Part shown: piece after piece, positions 50,962-63,870 of the stretch | Layout: every line of letters starts with the position of its first letter | How positions within the stretch are numbered: position 1 is the stretch's first letter | Assembly: GCF_964204645.1 (NCBI RefSeq) | Contig: NC_134026.1 | Location: 13,080,050 to 13,144,049 of the forward strand | Direction: 5' to 3' | Source: Tubulanus polymorphus | Taxonomy: Eukaryota; Animalia; Nemertea | Length of the DNA stretch: 64,000 bases | Made by a program: the position numbers and the translations under genes | The notes under the pieces: model-generated | Database searches by the model: none | What the model saw: the letters and a program-made list of their open reading frames with translations, nothing else | Told to the model about the DNA's origin: nothing

Positions 50962-51045
50962 TAATTAGGAAAAAAAATTACTTGTGGTGATGAGTGGTGT
51001 CTCGACCTTCGACCTCTGGTATGAAACAACACATTTCCTATTACT
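50957..51045 (-). repeat. Right terminal inverted repeat
   Basis: Inverse of 33829-33914; ends CCTATTACT, followed by TSD CGCGTT. Confidence 0.95.
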
Positions 51046-51450
51046 CGCGTTTGGTAAAGTCATTATCAAACATGCTCAAGACATGTACGATTATTGTAAT
51101 AACTGCCTTGTACTCAATGATGATTTGACCAAAAGATCTTACATTTACGTGGGTGTCAATGACGGCGATCGTGATAGGCCTCTGGCAAGTTCAGTTAAAA
51201 CAGTAAACGGCAGCAGAAGATTGCATGCATTTCGTAAATGTGGTGATTGGACGCTGTAAGTTCGAGACTTCAGCTGTTTTTGTGATTTCTGTGTAGGTGT
51301 TTCGCAGATTGCGCAACACTGTGTAAATTCCGAGAACGTTGGGGATTTCGCCAAGTGAAAACTAAAACGTCACAATGTATGTTTATAATATATCCTTAAT
51401 TCATTCAAGTATCCCTGAGAAAGTCCATTCTTTGTAGGAAAAAAAATTAC

Positions 51451-52591
51451 TTTTTTGATGCCTTATAAAACGTTACCATTATGAAACCTAAACAATGTTA
51501 ACCATTCAGCGTCATTTTACAAACGACAACCGTAAATCGATGTGCAAAACGTCACAGGTTTATGTGTACACATACAAGCTATTTGGCAAAATATTATTGA
51601 TAAAGATGTAGAATGGCTCCCTGTGATTATATAATGACGTCTATTTGAACGTCGAAATGTTATATTGCATTGAATATCATGAGAAGACGTATTGTAATAG
51701 TAAAGGATGTATGATTATATCAGTAGCGGCAGGCATAAATAGAAATGATAAGTAAATCGGACTATTCGGTTAAATGGCGGATGTATACACGATTTGGAAG
51801 TCCGATATAAAAGTCAGACCCTGACATGGGGATGCTAGTGGAATGACGAAGCTATCTACGATCTGAGTAGGGCCGGCGTGAATTTCATCGGTGGCTACAA
51901 GCGGTCTATATAAAAACGTGTTAACATATAATTTCAATATTCAAATGTTTTAGAAAATATGTTCGATATAAGGGGTATGCACGTTTCATGAGATTAGCAA
52001 TTTATAATAGCATAGCTGTCATATACGGCTCCGCGTCCATTGATGGCATGTGTATAAGGTGACAATTCAATTCAATACTTTATTGATCCTTATTACATTG
52101 AAATTCCGGGATAAAATTTAAAAAACTTACAAATCTTAAAATAAGAAAATACAAAATACAAGACACACGGTTAATTCATTTAGAATAACATGAATAAGTT
52201 CTTTAAATGACAATGTCTACTTCAACCCAGACTCAAGTCTAGGATATCGAGTGACAGCCAAACCGGGCCCCAGGACCGGGCCGGCTGGCTACACGATATG
52301 CTCAACGTCATGATGAAGCAAACATCCAAAGAACTCTTTCTTCAACCATGGAGGCAATGAAGTTGCAGACCAGCTTAGAGGCAAAAGTGAATCGAAGTCG
52401 GTCACAAGTTGACAATTTTTTTAAAATTAGACCAGTTGAAGACTGTATCATCTACCCAATCGCCAAATCTCATAATTCCCTAATTTCTTAAAACTTCGAT
52501 TTCAAATTTGCAATTCCACATTAGCTTCTCACAGAAATTCTACATTTCTTCGCAGGCGTCAAATAATTGATTAAAGTTAATTTTCTTGTTT
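51451..52591 (-). mobile_element. Non-autonomous Helentron-like insertion, copy B
   Basis: Inverted homolog of 43530-44640 with substitutions and indels; keeps the 5' subterminal IR (aggcgtcaa at ~52555) that copy A lost. Confidence 0.75.
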
Positions 52592-52933
52592 CTTTTCAGA
52601 CTTCAGTTGAACCTTTGCAGGTCGAAAGCACTGAGTTGAGGTATCTGTGGTCGTCGAAATCCATGTGTCGGCAGCGGAGGAGATATTGCAGTAATATTGT
52701 AACTATTCATTGTATACATTGTATATGAAATCAATCTCAAATAAAGTATACATTTTTCAGGTTGGCGAATATCATGCGGCGTTTTATGATAAAAAGTTTT
52801 ATGTCGGTGGGATTCTTGCTGTTGAAGATAAAACTTCAAACTTCTGATGTAAAATTTTTGCACAGAATGGGCTCTCATTTTGACTGGCCGAAGAGACCAG
52901 ATGTTGAGACCATAAACAGGCGTCTCTTGTTAA

Positions 52934-53594
52934 CTCTTTCCTGCCCGCTCCCAGTATGTACCGGGTTCAGGGAACCCGTCCATATTGTCCGGTATATACC
53001 GGGTTGACGTCAGCACTCATTCATTAGCGGCTGTGAGCCATACCAGGCACCGTGCTAGCTAATAATCGTCAGAAAACCATCACACTAGGACGTGCTGCCA
53101 TCTGCAGAATTGTTACAACACTAATTCAAGAGTTTTAGGTGACGTTTTATAAATATAATTGTCGATTGTGGAGCCGTTTTGTGGAGCTGTTATTTCATGT
53201 ATTTCCTGGTTTCTACATCGACACGGACAGCTGTACAGCTATCTTTTTGGTATGTATCGCTAATATACCTTACTGAGTATGCTTGTTTGATGCTTGACAG
53301 TATTTTTTTATGATAATAGCATGATTATTCGGGTGTTCTACGTCCATTTGTGGGCAAAAAATAGGGGTACTTAGTCATATATTTTATTCACAGAGCCTGA
53401 CAGAGGCCTGTGGGAACTGGTGGAATCATGTAGCTTTGGATGTTGCCATTATACCCTGAAAATATCATATACATATTCCAAGTAATAATGTTTTTATAAC
53501 AATTTAGCTGAAAAAGGTTATTTATTTAAATATTGTGAAAAAGTATGTGGGCACAGGATACTGGATATAAATAAAGTATCCGAGCACGAAAGGG
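52934..53594. mobile_element. piggyBac-like non-autonomous element
   Basis: TTAA flanks; imperfect TIR CTCTTTCCTGCCCG vs inverse of CGAGCACGAAAGGG; removal rejoins the Sola-like frame. Confidence 0.6.
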
Positions 53595-53624
53595 TTAAAG
53601 GGCCCTCTGGAGATATGCGGACAC

Positions 53625-56600
53625 TGTCCTGAATTGTGTTTGGCTTATGTGTATGTGGTAATAACTCTGGATTTGGCCTTTATTTCTGTAAGCCTCCTTC
53701 ATGCCTGACCAGGCATTATATTGTGTATGTTAAGTCGTTGAATAAAGTTGAGTCAGTGTTGTACAGAAAATCATATGGGTTAGTTCGTTCCTATCTATAT
53801 ATATTCCTGCAGAATTTAGGAAATTGGTCCCTCGAGCCTCGAGAACGATGTCAGAGAATAGAAAGCGTGGTGCCCAACTGGGCCATGTTAAAAGGCTTAC
53901 TGATCAAGCAGACGTTCTGGTTAACAGTCAAACCTCGCAAAAACCAGATTTGGAGAAACTACAGAGATTATGCTCTCAGATCAGTGAGAAATTGGCCATC
54001 GTCAGTGACTTAGGCGATGATATTCTGTCAAGTATAGCAGATGACACAACTTACTATTCGAAGGCAACCGAATACGAGATCAAGCTGGAACAATATCGCG
54101 ATCGGATTTTATATTATAATCAGTACCTGAAACGAACTGATCCCGTGTCAGCATCTACCAAGGCTGAACGTCCATCATCAAATCTACCAAAACTTTCATT
54201 ACCAAGATTCAGTGGCAATATCATGGATTGGCAGAATTTCTACGATTCTTTCTGCGCAGCAGTACACAATGTTAAATCTGTTCCGGTTATTCAGAGATTC
54301 CAATATTTGAAGTCGTTATAGGACGATGAAGCAGAATTAAGCATCAGTGGGTTGTCGTTGACGGAATCAAATTATCACACTGCTATGGACATTTTGCATT
54401 CACGATTTGCTCAACCGCATAAGATCATAGACGCCCATATGCAGGCCATCGTTGCATTGAACATTCCGAGTTACTCTGCCTTCGAGTCTTCGTCAATTTC
54501 GCAGGGTCGAATCACATATTCGATCTTTGATAGCTGCCGGTCGCGATGAATCGTGTTTAGGAGATATGCTCATGTCAGTTTTACAGAGTAAACTCCCATC
54601 CAAAATCCGAAAGAATATGTTCGTGAACATGGTAATACATTTTTCACGTTAAAGCAAATTCGTAAATTTATAGCCAAGGAGGTAAATGTCTTAGAAGCAG
54701 GTGTGGGAAGTGAAGATAATTTACACTCCACAATTCTGTTCGCGAGTACAACTGGTCAAGATCGTCATATCGGTTATCGTAAATCGAGCGCATCACAGAA
54801 AGCGAATACAGCAAGGCAGAAATCATGTGTTTTTTGGAAGAGTAATGACCATTTTTCGAGCGACTGTAGAACAGTGTCCACTTATGGCGACCGAATAGCG
54901 TTCATTAAAGCCGAAAATCTGTGTTTCAACTGTTTTGGTCATCATCGTATTGAAGATTGTAGATCCCGTTATTCATGCAAAAAATGTAAGTGCCGACATC
55001 ATATTAGCATATGTCCACCGACTAAACCCGAGAAGACCACCGTGGTAGCACTTTCAGAATGTGATAAGGCGAAGACAATCGCAGCTCAGCTAACGGATGG
55101 AAATACAGCTTAAAGAGGTCTTTGGTGGCTTGACCCCTACGTCACAACGAGATTAAGTCTAGCTAATAAACCGCGATCGTGCCTATTTCTGGTGGAAATG
55201 CTTCAAGGGACTCTACCGTTTTGCAAGAAGATGGTGCGCAGCGGACCTTTATTTGTCAGTCGGTTGTTGCTGAACTCGGATTAGAGCCAGTTAGTAAGGA
55301 AAAGATTAGTTTGTCTAATATGGGACTAGTGAGAAAAAAGTTACTACATTAGATAAAGTGAAGATCGAAATTCGTTGTACCGATAACAGCGTTATATCGT
55401 TGGAAGCACTCGTGATCCCGAATATTTCAGTGCCTATTCGTGTTTCCGCGAGGAAAAAATTAGAACACTATGACTATTTGCGAGGATTGAAATTAGCTCA
55501 CCCCTTAAACCGCGACGACTTGTTGCGAGGATTGAAATTAGCTCACTTCTTAAACCGCGACGACTTGTTTGACATTACGTTACTGATCGGATCGGACTAC
55601 TATTATGAATTTGTTATGGGTGACCAGATTCGCGATCCGAATAATGAAGGCCCGACCGCCGTTGCAACTAAACTTGGTTACGTAGTTTCTGGTCCGGTCA
55701 CCTCTACGGAACGTGAAGATGCGTCGATATTCAACACGTTAGTCGATCAGCGCGTAGATCTTGATCTTCGTAGATTTTGGGACTTAGAGACAATAGGAAT
55801 TAAAGCGCCAATGGATCGACGGGCAGATGAAACTGGATTATTGTGAATCATCTGTGAACTTTGACCTTGTCGAAAATCGCTATGTGGTGCACTTGCCGTG
55901 GAAAGCGGAGCACTCATTGTTGGACAATAACTTCGTGTGTAAGCGTAGAACTATATTGACTATTCATCGGTTGGTAAAAAGCGATACTTTGTCGGATTAC
56001 AATCGACTTATTGCCGAACAAGAAAATCGGGGCTTCATCGAACGAGTTACAGATGCAAAAGTGTCGGACATAAATTCACACTATTTACCACACCACCCCG
56101 TCTATCGTCCGTCGAAGAACACACCTTTACGAATCGTCTATGATTGTAGCTGTAAGTCGCCATAGAATTCTGTTAGTTTAAACGATTGTCTGGACCAGGG
56201 TCCTCGTATGCAAAACGACATCACAGCGATATTGATGCGTTTTCGTCTACACAGTATAGCTATAACATCAGACATTGAGAAAGCGTTCTTGCAAATTTTG
56301 TTGCCAGAAGCAGACAGGAATTTTACGTGTTTTCTGTGGCTCAAAGATTCGAATGATCCTACTAGCGAGTTGATTACGTATAGATTCAGAGTAGTTTTGT
56401 TCGGAGCCAGCAGTTCGCCGTTTATATTAAATGCAACTATCTATAAACCTTTGATGCTACACTCATCACGTATATCTGATATCATCATGAAGAATATTTA
56501 CGTGGATAACGTTATAGTTTCGGTCTGGGATCGATCTATGGCCGAAAAGTTTTACGTCAAGTCTCGTTCAGTAATGAGTGAAGGAGGATTCAACCTACGG

Positions 56601-58950
56601 TGCTGGAACAGCAATGATGGGCACATTAAAGAACTAGCGTCTGATGACGGACTGGCAGAATCCGTTACAAAAACGAATGTGTTAGGTCTACATTGGAACA
56701 CTGAAACGGATTTTCTCGCATTAAAACCAGTTCACCAAAATTCCGGAATTTAGAAAGGGGGTCCGGAGGCCCTCCCCCAGAAAAAATTTTGCGTTTTTGC
56801 ACCGCCAGAGATGCGTTCTAGAGCGATCTGGGTGGTCTCGGTAACTGTTACTACATTTTCAATATGCGGAGCAGCACCATACGGGACGGATACTTTTCCT
56901 TGTGTCGATGTACTAGCGGCAGTATCACGATCGGCATCTTCCATCTGAAAATACGACGGCAGGCATTCGTTGTGCTTCACACCCCTCGCTGCCTTCTTAT
57001 GCCGCGCGCTATGCGGGTGACGAAGAATATCTTTTTTCTCGCCACTACCATATTTGACCTGGTCTTTACAAACGACGCAGTACGCCACGCCAGCTAAGTT
57101 TAACTTACGAATGTAGTTCGATAAGTAGTCCCCGTTACTGTCCTTACACTCTAGCCAGTGCCAGTTAAATCTATTTTTTATACCGCTGTCAATTGCCTTT
57201 ATATCGGCCGACTCCCGACTGACAATCTTTCCGTGCGTGCCTATTTTGCAGACCGTCCCGCTTGACAGCTGCAGGTAAAAAGAAAGTTACAACGCTGCGT
57301 GCCTCAGGACATAGCACGCACGTGCTAATAATTGAGATGATATTTATTAAATATAATCTTAATTACCACGTGCATCTTCACATTGTTGGCCGTCAGCGGG
57401 ACGATGTACAACGGCGCGTAAAGATTTGACTTTTAATTGGAAATGGCGTCACAACAGTGGCGCTCCGCCTACGCACGCACAGATACCACAACAAGCACAC
57501 GTATATACATTGTAGCAGAACGTCCAGAGACCAAGATAAAATAACACAGAAGCGACGACGAGTACAAGCAAACGAACGCTTTTACGGTCCGTGCCATTAC
57601 TGGTCGCCGCGAGGAATTCTCACCCAATTTCCGGAATTGACATCGGCGATCCTAAATTTCCGGAATTCCGGATATTTCCGGAAAAACTAGCATCTCTGAA
57701 CCGTGGAATTAGATAATGACGTTACCAAGCGTATTGTATTACGGCAAGCATCTAAGTTATTCGATCCGTTGGGTTTCACGACCCCGGTAGTAATCAGGGC
57801 GAAACTCTTCATTCAGAAGCTTTGGAAGTTAGATCTAGACTGGGACAATGTTTTGGCGCCGGACTTATGTCGTGAATGGAGTTTCATCGCGCGCGATATA
57901 CAGGAGATTTCCGGTTTATCCGTACCGCGTCAATACTTCTCACATTCTGTGTCAGAGCCGTTCGAACTACATTTATTCGGTGACGCAAGTATATCATGCT
58001 ATGGAGCAGTGGCTGATTTGGTCAATGGAAATAGTTCCGCGTTTATGATAGCTAAAACTCGCGTAGCACCCGTAGCGAAACGACTTACAATTCCACAGCT
58101 GGAATTGTTGGCGGCTCTTGTTGCGGCTAGTCTCAGTCGTCACGTGGTGGCTGAATTAGGAATTCCTGATCTGAACGTTTGCTTATGGAGTGACAGTAGA
58201 GTTGTACTAGCCTGGTTGATTTCAGCGAAATCGCTACCTAGATTCGTATCCAATCGCGTTGTCGAAATTCGGAAATTAACGAATATCGCGAATTGGAATT
58301 ACTGTTGTTCGGGTTCCAATCCTGCAGACATATTAACTAGAGGTACAACAGCGTCTAAATTGATGAGCAGTAAAGACTGGTTAAACGGTCCTAGTTGGAT
58401 TAGCGAGAACAAACTACACGCAGTGAATTTAAATGAAGGGAACAACGAAATCGTAAATGAGAGCGAAACGTGTTTAGTCAACACCTCTGCAGCAGAACTA
58501 CATGAAGTTGAATCTCGTTTACCGGACATAAGCGATTCGATATATATACATTTCTCTACCCTGAAAAGGTTAATGCATATTACAGCCTTAGTATTACGAT
58601 TTATTAACAATTGCAGAAGTAACGTCAAAAATCGAAAATTAGATGTTCTTGGTTCGTGCGAGTTAAAGACTGCGGAATTATATTGGATTAAATTGGTTCA
58701 GAGGCAGCATTACAATGAGCTTATATCGGATATTCGAAACAGCAAGAAAAATCAAACCGTTTCACATTTGAGAATGTACATTGATGAACAAGGTGTCATC
58801 AGAAGTGCCGGTCGTATTCATAATTCAGCGTTAGATACCGAAGCAAAGAACCCAGTATTGATTCCTAAATGTGAGTTTGCAGCTTTGATCGTCAAGGAAT
58901 CACATAGAGCGTGTTTTCATCTGGGAACAAACAATACTATAGCCTTCACA
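53625..58950 (+). mobile_element. Decayed BEL/Pao retrotransposon (5' LTR remnant, PBS at 53825, gag-pol, 3' truncated)
   Basis: LPKLSLPRFSG, CCHC knuckles, LLIGSDYY, RIVYDCS, SDIEKAFLQ, FGASSSP, YVDN, FDPLG, HLFGDAS, TIPQLEL, WSDS, NPAD motifs. Confidence 0.93.
56728..57698 (-). mobile_element. Truncated DNA transposon (hAT-like) inserted in the BEL pol gene
   Basis: Interrupts LALKP|VELDNDVTKR; terminus CAGAGATGCTAG with TTCCGG repeats; N-terminal Zn-finger fragment FNWHWLE..IRKL..AYCVVCKDQVKYGS..H..H. Confidence 0.6.
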
Positions 58951-60639
58951 TGGACCTATTTCCGCCTTATCACAGGTGCACTCTGCCGCAGTGATTCACC
59001 CATTCATAGATAATAGCTTTCCCACGGTCTTACTATCGGCATTTTCTAATAATTTAGGGAAATTTTTAAAAAGCGAAATTTCACACTCTGCATTGATAAG
59101 ATTAAAGTATTTATTCGTTTGACCATGGACGTATAAACTAGAAGGACGAAGCACCAGCCTAGTTCAAAGGAATCAACTGTATTTCTGACACACGTTACCA
59201 GCGCTGAGTTAACACTTCACACATCTTGCCTATTGCGTAATTACATCTGGGGAACAATGATATCGACAGCTTTGGCTGTGATTCAGATATATTCGGCTAG
59301 TTCCGACAGAAGATAGTTTTTTTTAACAAGCTAGAAACAACAATTTAATCAATCTATAAAATCAAATATTATATGATTTAAAAGATATTTTGTGTTAAAT
59401 TCTAAATTTCATTGTCTCCAATTTTAAGCTTTACTTAGACCGCAAAAATACCCACACTCAAGAAAGGTATCTGAACGAACAAATATTTTTCTTTATAACA
59501 TCGTTTATTAATTATACAATATGAAAATAAGAAATACAATCAGTAATGTGAATACAATGACTATTAATTTGTTGTTTGTAAATTTGTTATAACATGTGAT
59601 ACTACGTGAGAAATTTTAAGAATGACCCTCCGTCAACAACCATTGTTTGAAATTTCCCGAACCTCATCTGAAAATATAAAATGATTAAACAAAACCATGA
59701 TTTATGATTTTAAAGTTTGTTCATAAAATAGTCTTTTAGCTTGGTATGCATATTATACGTATGTGCAGATTATTCTTATGACTGAAAACTTCAGAACGTT
59801 ACTCCTAGAAAATCCGAAAAATGGAAGGCAGAATTATTAAAACACTTCGATCTTCTAGTCAGAATTTCGACAATTTGGCATCATTTGGCGTTCAAACCAT
59901 GTGGACTAGCTTAAAGATGAGCTCTTTCTTCATTTAAATGCATAATTCAAAAATGGAGGAAAAGAGTGTGACTATGAGAAATTTGGCTTTATATTTACCT
60001 TAACTTATTTACCTTAAAAATGTTACGATGTGCATCGGTCACTTGATGTGCCGTAGATTCGCTAAAAATTGACGTATTTTCGAGAAATTTTCACTAAAAT
60101 GCCAAGCACATGGCCATCTTTATTATTGCAACGACTGCGCATGTCTATTACGCATATAAATAGCATCAATTACGCTTGCCCATTCCTGTAACTCTGTTCC
60201 TGGAAACGAGACGCTAGCCAGTTGCCCGTAATAACGGGCACCTGTTCAGCGCGCACTAGCAAATACAGTGCGAACGGCTGTTATCAGCGGGGCCTTCGAT
60301 TTTATAGCTGGTGCGCCGTCCTTCTAGTTTATGTCCATGGTTTGACAAATTTTCCTCTGAACTCCCACCAACAAGTTATAAATGGCGACACGAAAATGAC
60401 GTCATCGACTCACTACCATCTTATAACCTTCATGACTACGTCATGAAGGTAAAAATAGTGCCGGTTAAAGAATTATAACAGTAGCCTCGCACTCTGTGAC
60501 TGAATGCCACTGTATGACAAAATAGCGCTCCCATACCCCTCCCAAATGACTAGCTGAGGGAGGGTTAAAGAACCACTGGATCTGCGACTGAGTGAAAACT
60601 CAGCGATGCAGTGTTTATTGAACTCTCTGAGGCATCGTC

Positions 60640-60832
60640 ATAATTCAGCTTCACCGGACATTAGATTTCTACCAATGTCGGAGTATACAGTTGATGGTCG
60701 ACCTCTGCAACTGATGAATCTGCAAAATGCCATCAGAAAATTGTCTGTATCAAAGGAGTAGCTGACCTCTAGGTGTATGGCACGTGTACTTAGACAGGTA
60801 ATCAGTAAACCATATCTGGTACAAACTCCGTA
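60640..60832 (-). pseudogene. BEL/Pao integrase fragment
   Basis: RYGLLITCLSTRAIHLEV...RFISCRGRPSTVYSD. Confidence 0.85.
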
Positions 60833-61765
60833 AAAATCGCAAAAGTCAAAGCCGCCCTCGGAAGGAGAAAGATCACCAATACTCGACATACAGAACCCAA
60901 GAAAAAACGAACACGACGAAACTGAAATGGATGATACGAGTGAAGGTGCTGCAAAAACAAGAGGCCCATGGGCCTTGAAACATTGGTATATCATACTATG
61001 GTAAGGTAGCTTTATATCTGCCAGAAATTGTTCTATGACAATATTGATTGGGAGGACCACAGACTTAAGAATTGAACGAATTTCATTATTCTGCTGACCG
61101 ATTTAGCCTACGTTATTTGTATTGTTCAACCTCATTAATGCGATTCTGTTAAAGACGAAACTAGTTTATTCTGATGTTTTCCATCATGGCCCAGCCAAGA
61201 GATTCCATCGATTTAGAAATGTGTTACATATCAAGACTATGCTTGCTTTTTTATTTCAATTACATGTATATAAGAATATGTGCAATCATTTTTTAATTCC
61301 AATGATCTAAGAATATGTTGTATCTCAATATCATCTTGTGCGAATAAGAATAGACATTACAGACGCGCGCTGCATTCAATCAGTGTATACGCAATTCATT
61401 CAAAACACAATTCATTTTACCATACACCATCGCATTTCAAAGATGGATGTGCCCACGGATAAGAAAAGGACGAAAGTGTCCTTAGAATTTCTATGGAATC
61501 AAACATCAGAAATAAAACGTTTCGCTGCATCGATCATCGACGATTTACTTACTGAGTGTGTGTGGAAATTGTATATTCCTGAATAATATTTGTTGTATAA
61601 ATTTTGTTTCTGTTGGTCTTGTGTATATTGATGTATTTGTGTTTATGTATTTTCAATCTAAAATATGTCCACATAATCATGTGTACTACATATTTTTGAT
61701 TGAAATTCACCTCACAATGGTGTGATAAGGATTTTTAATCTTGCTTGTCCAGGAAATTTGAATGA

Positions 61766-62946
61766 CACTTTCAGTGCCAAACGACGTAGATCTACATTTT
61801 TACTAAAAATGCGTTGAGTACCGAACGACGTAGATCTATGTTTAAATCTGAAATAGCCACAGGGTTTTACCCGCTGGTCTATTTCTATCACAGTTAGTAC
61901 ACAGTCGTTTCTACGCGCCTTACATAGACATACTAATAGTACATAGACACACTAATCATAGTAGGCGATCAATATAACACAAAATGGCGCAGCGCTAAAG
62001 GCTTACAGCGGGTGCCGTGGAACTTTTGTTGGATTCTGACTCCGATTTGGAATTGAATGAGGACCCTGATACACGTCATCGAACACAGACGATCAAGAAC
62101 CCGATGAAGGGGATATTAACGACGGAACCGTGAGTTATAGCGCTGATATGTCGTCAAGTAGTGATAGCGATAACGGCCGCGCCGGCGCGCTATCCCACAA
62201 TGTTGTTCCTTGAGCTCGTGGTCGTGGCAGCGGTCGTGGCAGGCCAGGCCTACCTTAAGCCCGGCGCACACGAGGCAATTTTCAGTCGCCGGTTGCTGCG
62301 ACCGATTTTTGAGCAAACGTTGAGCAATCGTGTCGCCCGAGTTCTACCACTGGAGACGGAGAGGCAAAGCAAGAAAGCACAAGAAAGTGTTTTTCTACTT
62401 ATTAGAAATCCCAATACACAATGCATACATTGTTCATAAGCTGAAGAATAATTATCTAGAAAAGACACTTCTGTCCTTTCAAATGAAAATCATCAGAAAG
62501 TTGTGTCACGCCGATGACCCAGGAGACATAAACTCGTCTTCCGAAGATGAAGACCCTGCTCCACCCCCTGCTAGGATCCAAAAAACATGATCCTATAACT
62601 AGGTTACATTGGGATACAACAGACACCACATGGAAATATTTCCAGCTACAGAAAAAAGGAAATAACCCCAAAGAGCTTGTCGTGTTTGTAAAAAACGTGG
62701 AATTCGCCAGGACACAAGATACTACTGTTCCACCTGTGGAGTCCCCCTGTGTACAAAGAAGTGCTTTGTGGATTATCATTCAAAGAAGCAGATCTAACAT
62801 GTAGAAGATACAAAAAACAACAATGAAAATTTCATGTAAGTACCTTTATTCTTTCTACTTTTTCTAGGCCCATGAAAATAGGTAAAATTGGGGAAATGTC
62901 TGGCCCCGGGGGGACAATCACACATATTGGCCCGGCACTGAAAGTG
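61766..62946 (+). mobile_element. Internally deleted piggyBac element
   Basis: TIR CACTTTCAGTGCC / GGCACTGAAAGTG + TTAA; acidic N-terminal remnant; KKVFFYLLEIPIHNAY and C-terminal Cys-rich CRVC..TRYYCSTCGVPLC..CFVDYH. Confidence 0.88.
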
Positions 62947-63041
62947 TTAAGGTACACCTTCAGTTTTCATCAAAGGATTGTGTACACCCTTATGAAAAAA
63001 ATTATATGTAGCACTGATAAGCATATCAGTCATTATGTTAA

Positions 63042-63634
63042 CCCTTTAACCGGCAATCGGTCGCTAGCGACCGATTTGAATAGACAAGCTATAGTGAATA
63101 GAATAGTCAAGTATTGATTTCAGTGAAGCATTATAACTCATTTTCCTATTGGTAGATGGCAACACCAGACGGCCTTCAATGTCTAACAAGGTTGGAAAGT
63201 GATATATCATACATTTGGCATGTAGAAGGGGGTATGGAAACCATGTGTCACGTGGGTCAGATTTCCAAAATTGAGAATATCGTTAGTAGTAATGGCCAAT
63301 GCACTCAAGACGTTCTCTAGTGAGTTTGGCTGATATTTTGGACATAGTAATGAAAGATTCTGATGATAATTCATATTGGGATGAATCTCATGACAGTTTT
63401 TTATTATTGGTGGCCCAAAAATCTGGATGACCTTGGGATCTGTGACCTTGGGATCAGACCCTGAATGTAACCCCCAAAGTTCGCAAACATGGTATCATTT
63501 GAAAGCTTGTGAAAAGAGCTTTCATAAAAAACATACAGTATGGGGTTATCCCTCATATCAACTGAGTTATTAAGTTTTCCCCTTGCAAGGTCCAAAATCA
63601 CTCACAGGCCGAAAAATACTTGCCGGTTAAAGGG
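63042..63634. mobile_element. piggyBac-type MITE
   Basis: Perfect TIR CCCTTTAACCGGCAA with TTAA on both sides. Confidence 0.88.
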
Positions 63635-63638
63635 TTAA

Positions 63639-63870
63639 TATCAACCCTAATGAGCATACAATAATAGCTGGAGACTTTAATTGTATAGAAAGTCCCATAG
63701 ATCATGATTCAACATCTGTCATTTCATCAATACGAAGTGGTTCAGAACAATTAGCCAATTTATGTCAACAAAACAGATTAGCAGACACTTACAGACTTAA
63801 AAACCCAGACACACCAGCTTTCTCTCGAGTAGCAAAATGCAATTACAATGTCATTAAAACAAGAATAAAA
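63639..63870 (+). pseudogene. L1/Tx1-like LINE endonuclease (APE) fragment
   Basis: TIIAGDFNCI...LADTYRLKNPD motifs. Confidence 0.75.

Larger units (their letters stand above)
33829..51045. mobile_element. Integrated Polinton/Maverick (polintovirus/adintovirus-like) element lacking a visible pPolB gene
   Basis: TIRs with AG...CT termini; 6-bp TSD CGCGTT at 33823-28 and 51046-51; integrase, ATPase and capsid-like genes; very AT-rich, intronless, compact gene array. Confidence 0.95.
51052..53624 (+). pseudogene. Sola(2)-like transposase, 3' part, interrupted by further insertions
   Basis: GKVIIKHAQDMYDYC...VNGSRRLHAF...SCFCDFC, later exon FDWPKRPDVETINRRLLL, resuming as KGPLEICG after the TTAA insertion. 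Confidence 0.6.

Noticed and set aside
43530-52591. 1.1-kb inverted repeats as the Polinton TIRs or as ends of a large composite transposon
   Set aside because: The true TIRs with TSD are at 33829 and 51045. These copies are diverged, have their own Helentron-like ends, and one interrupts a Polinton promoter.
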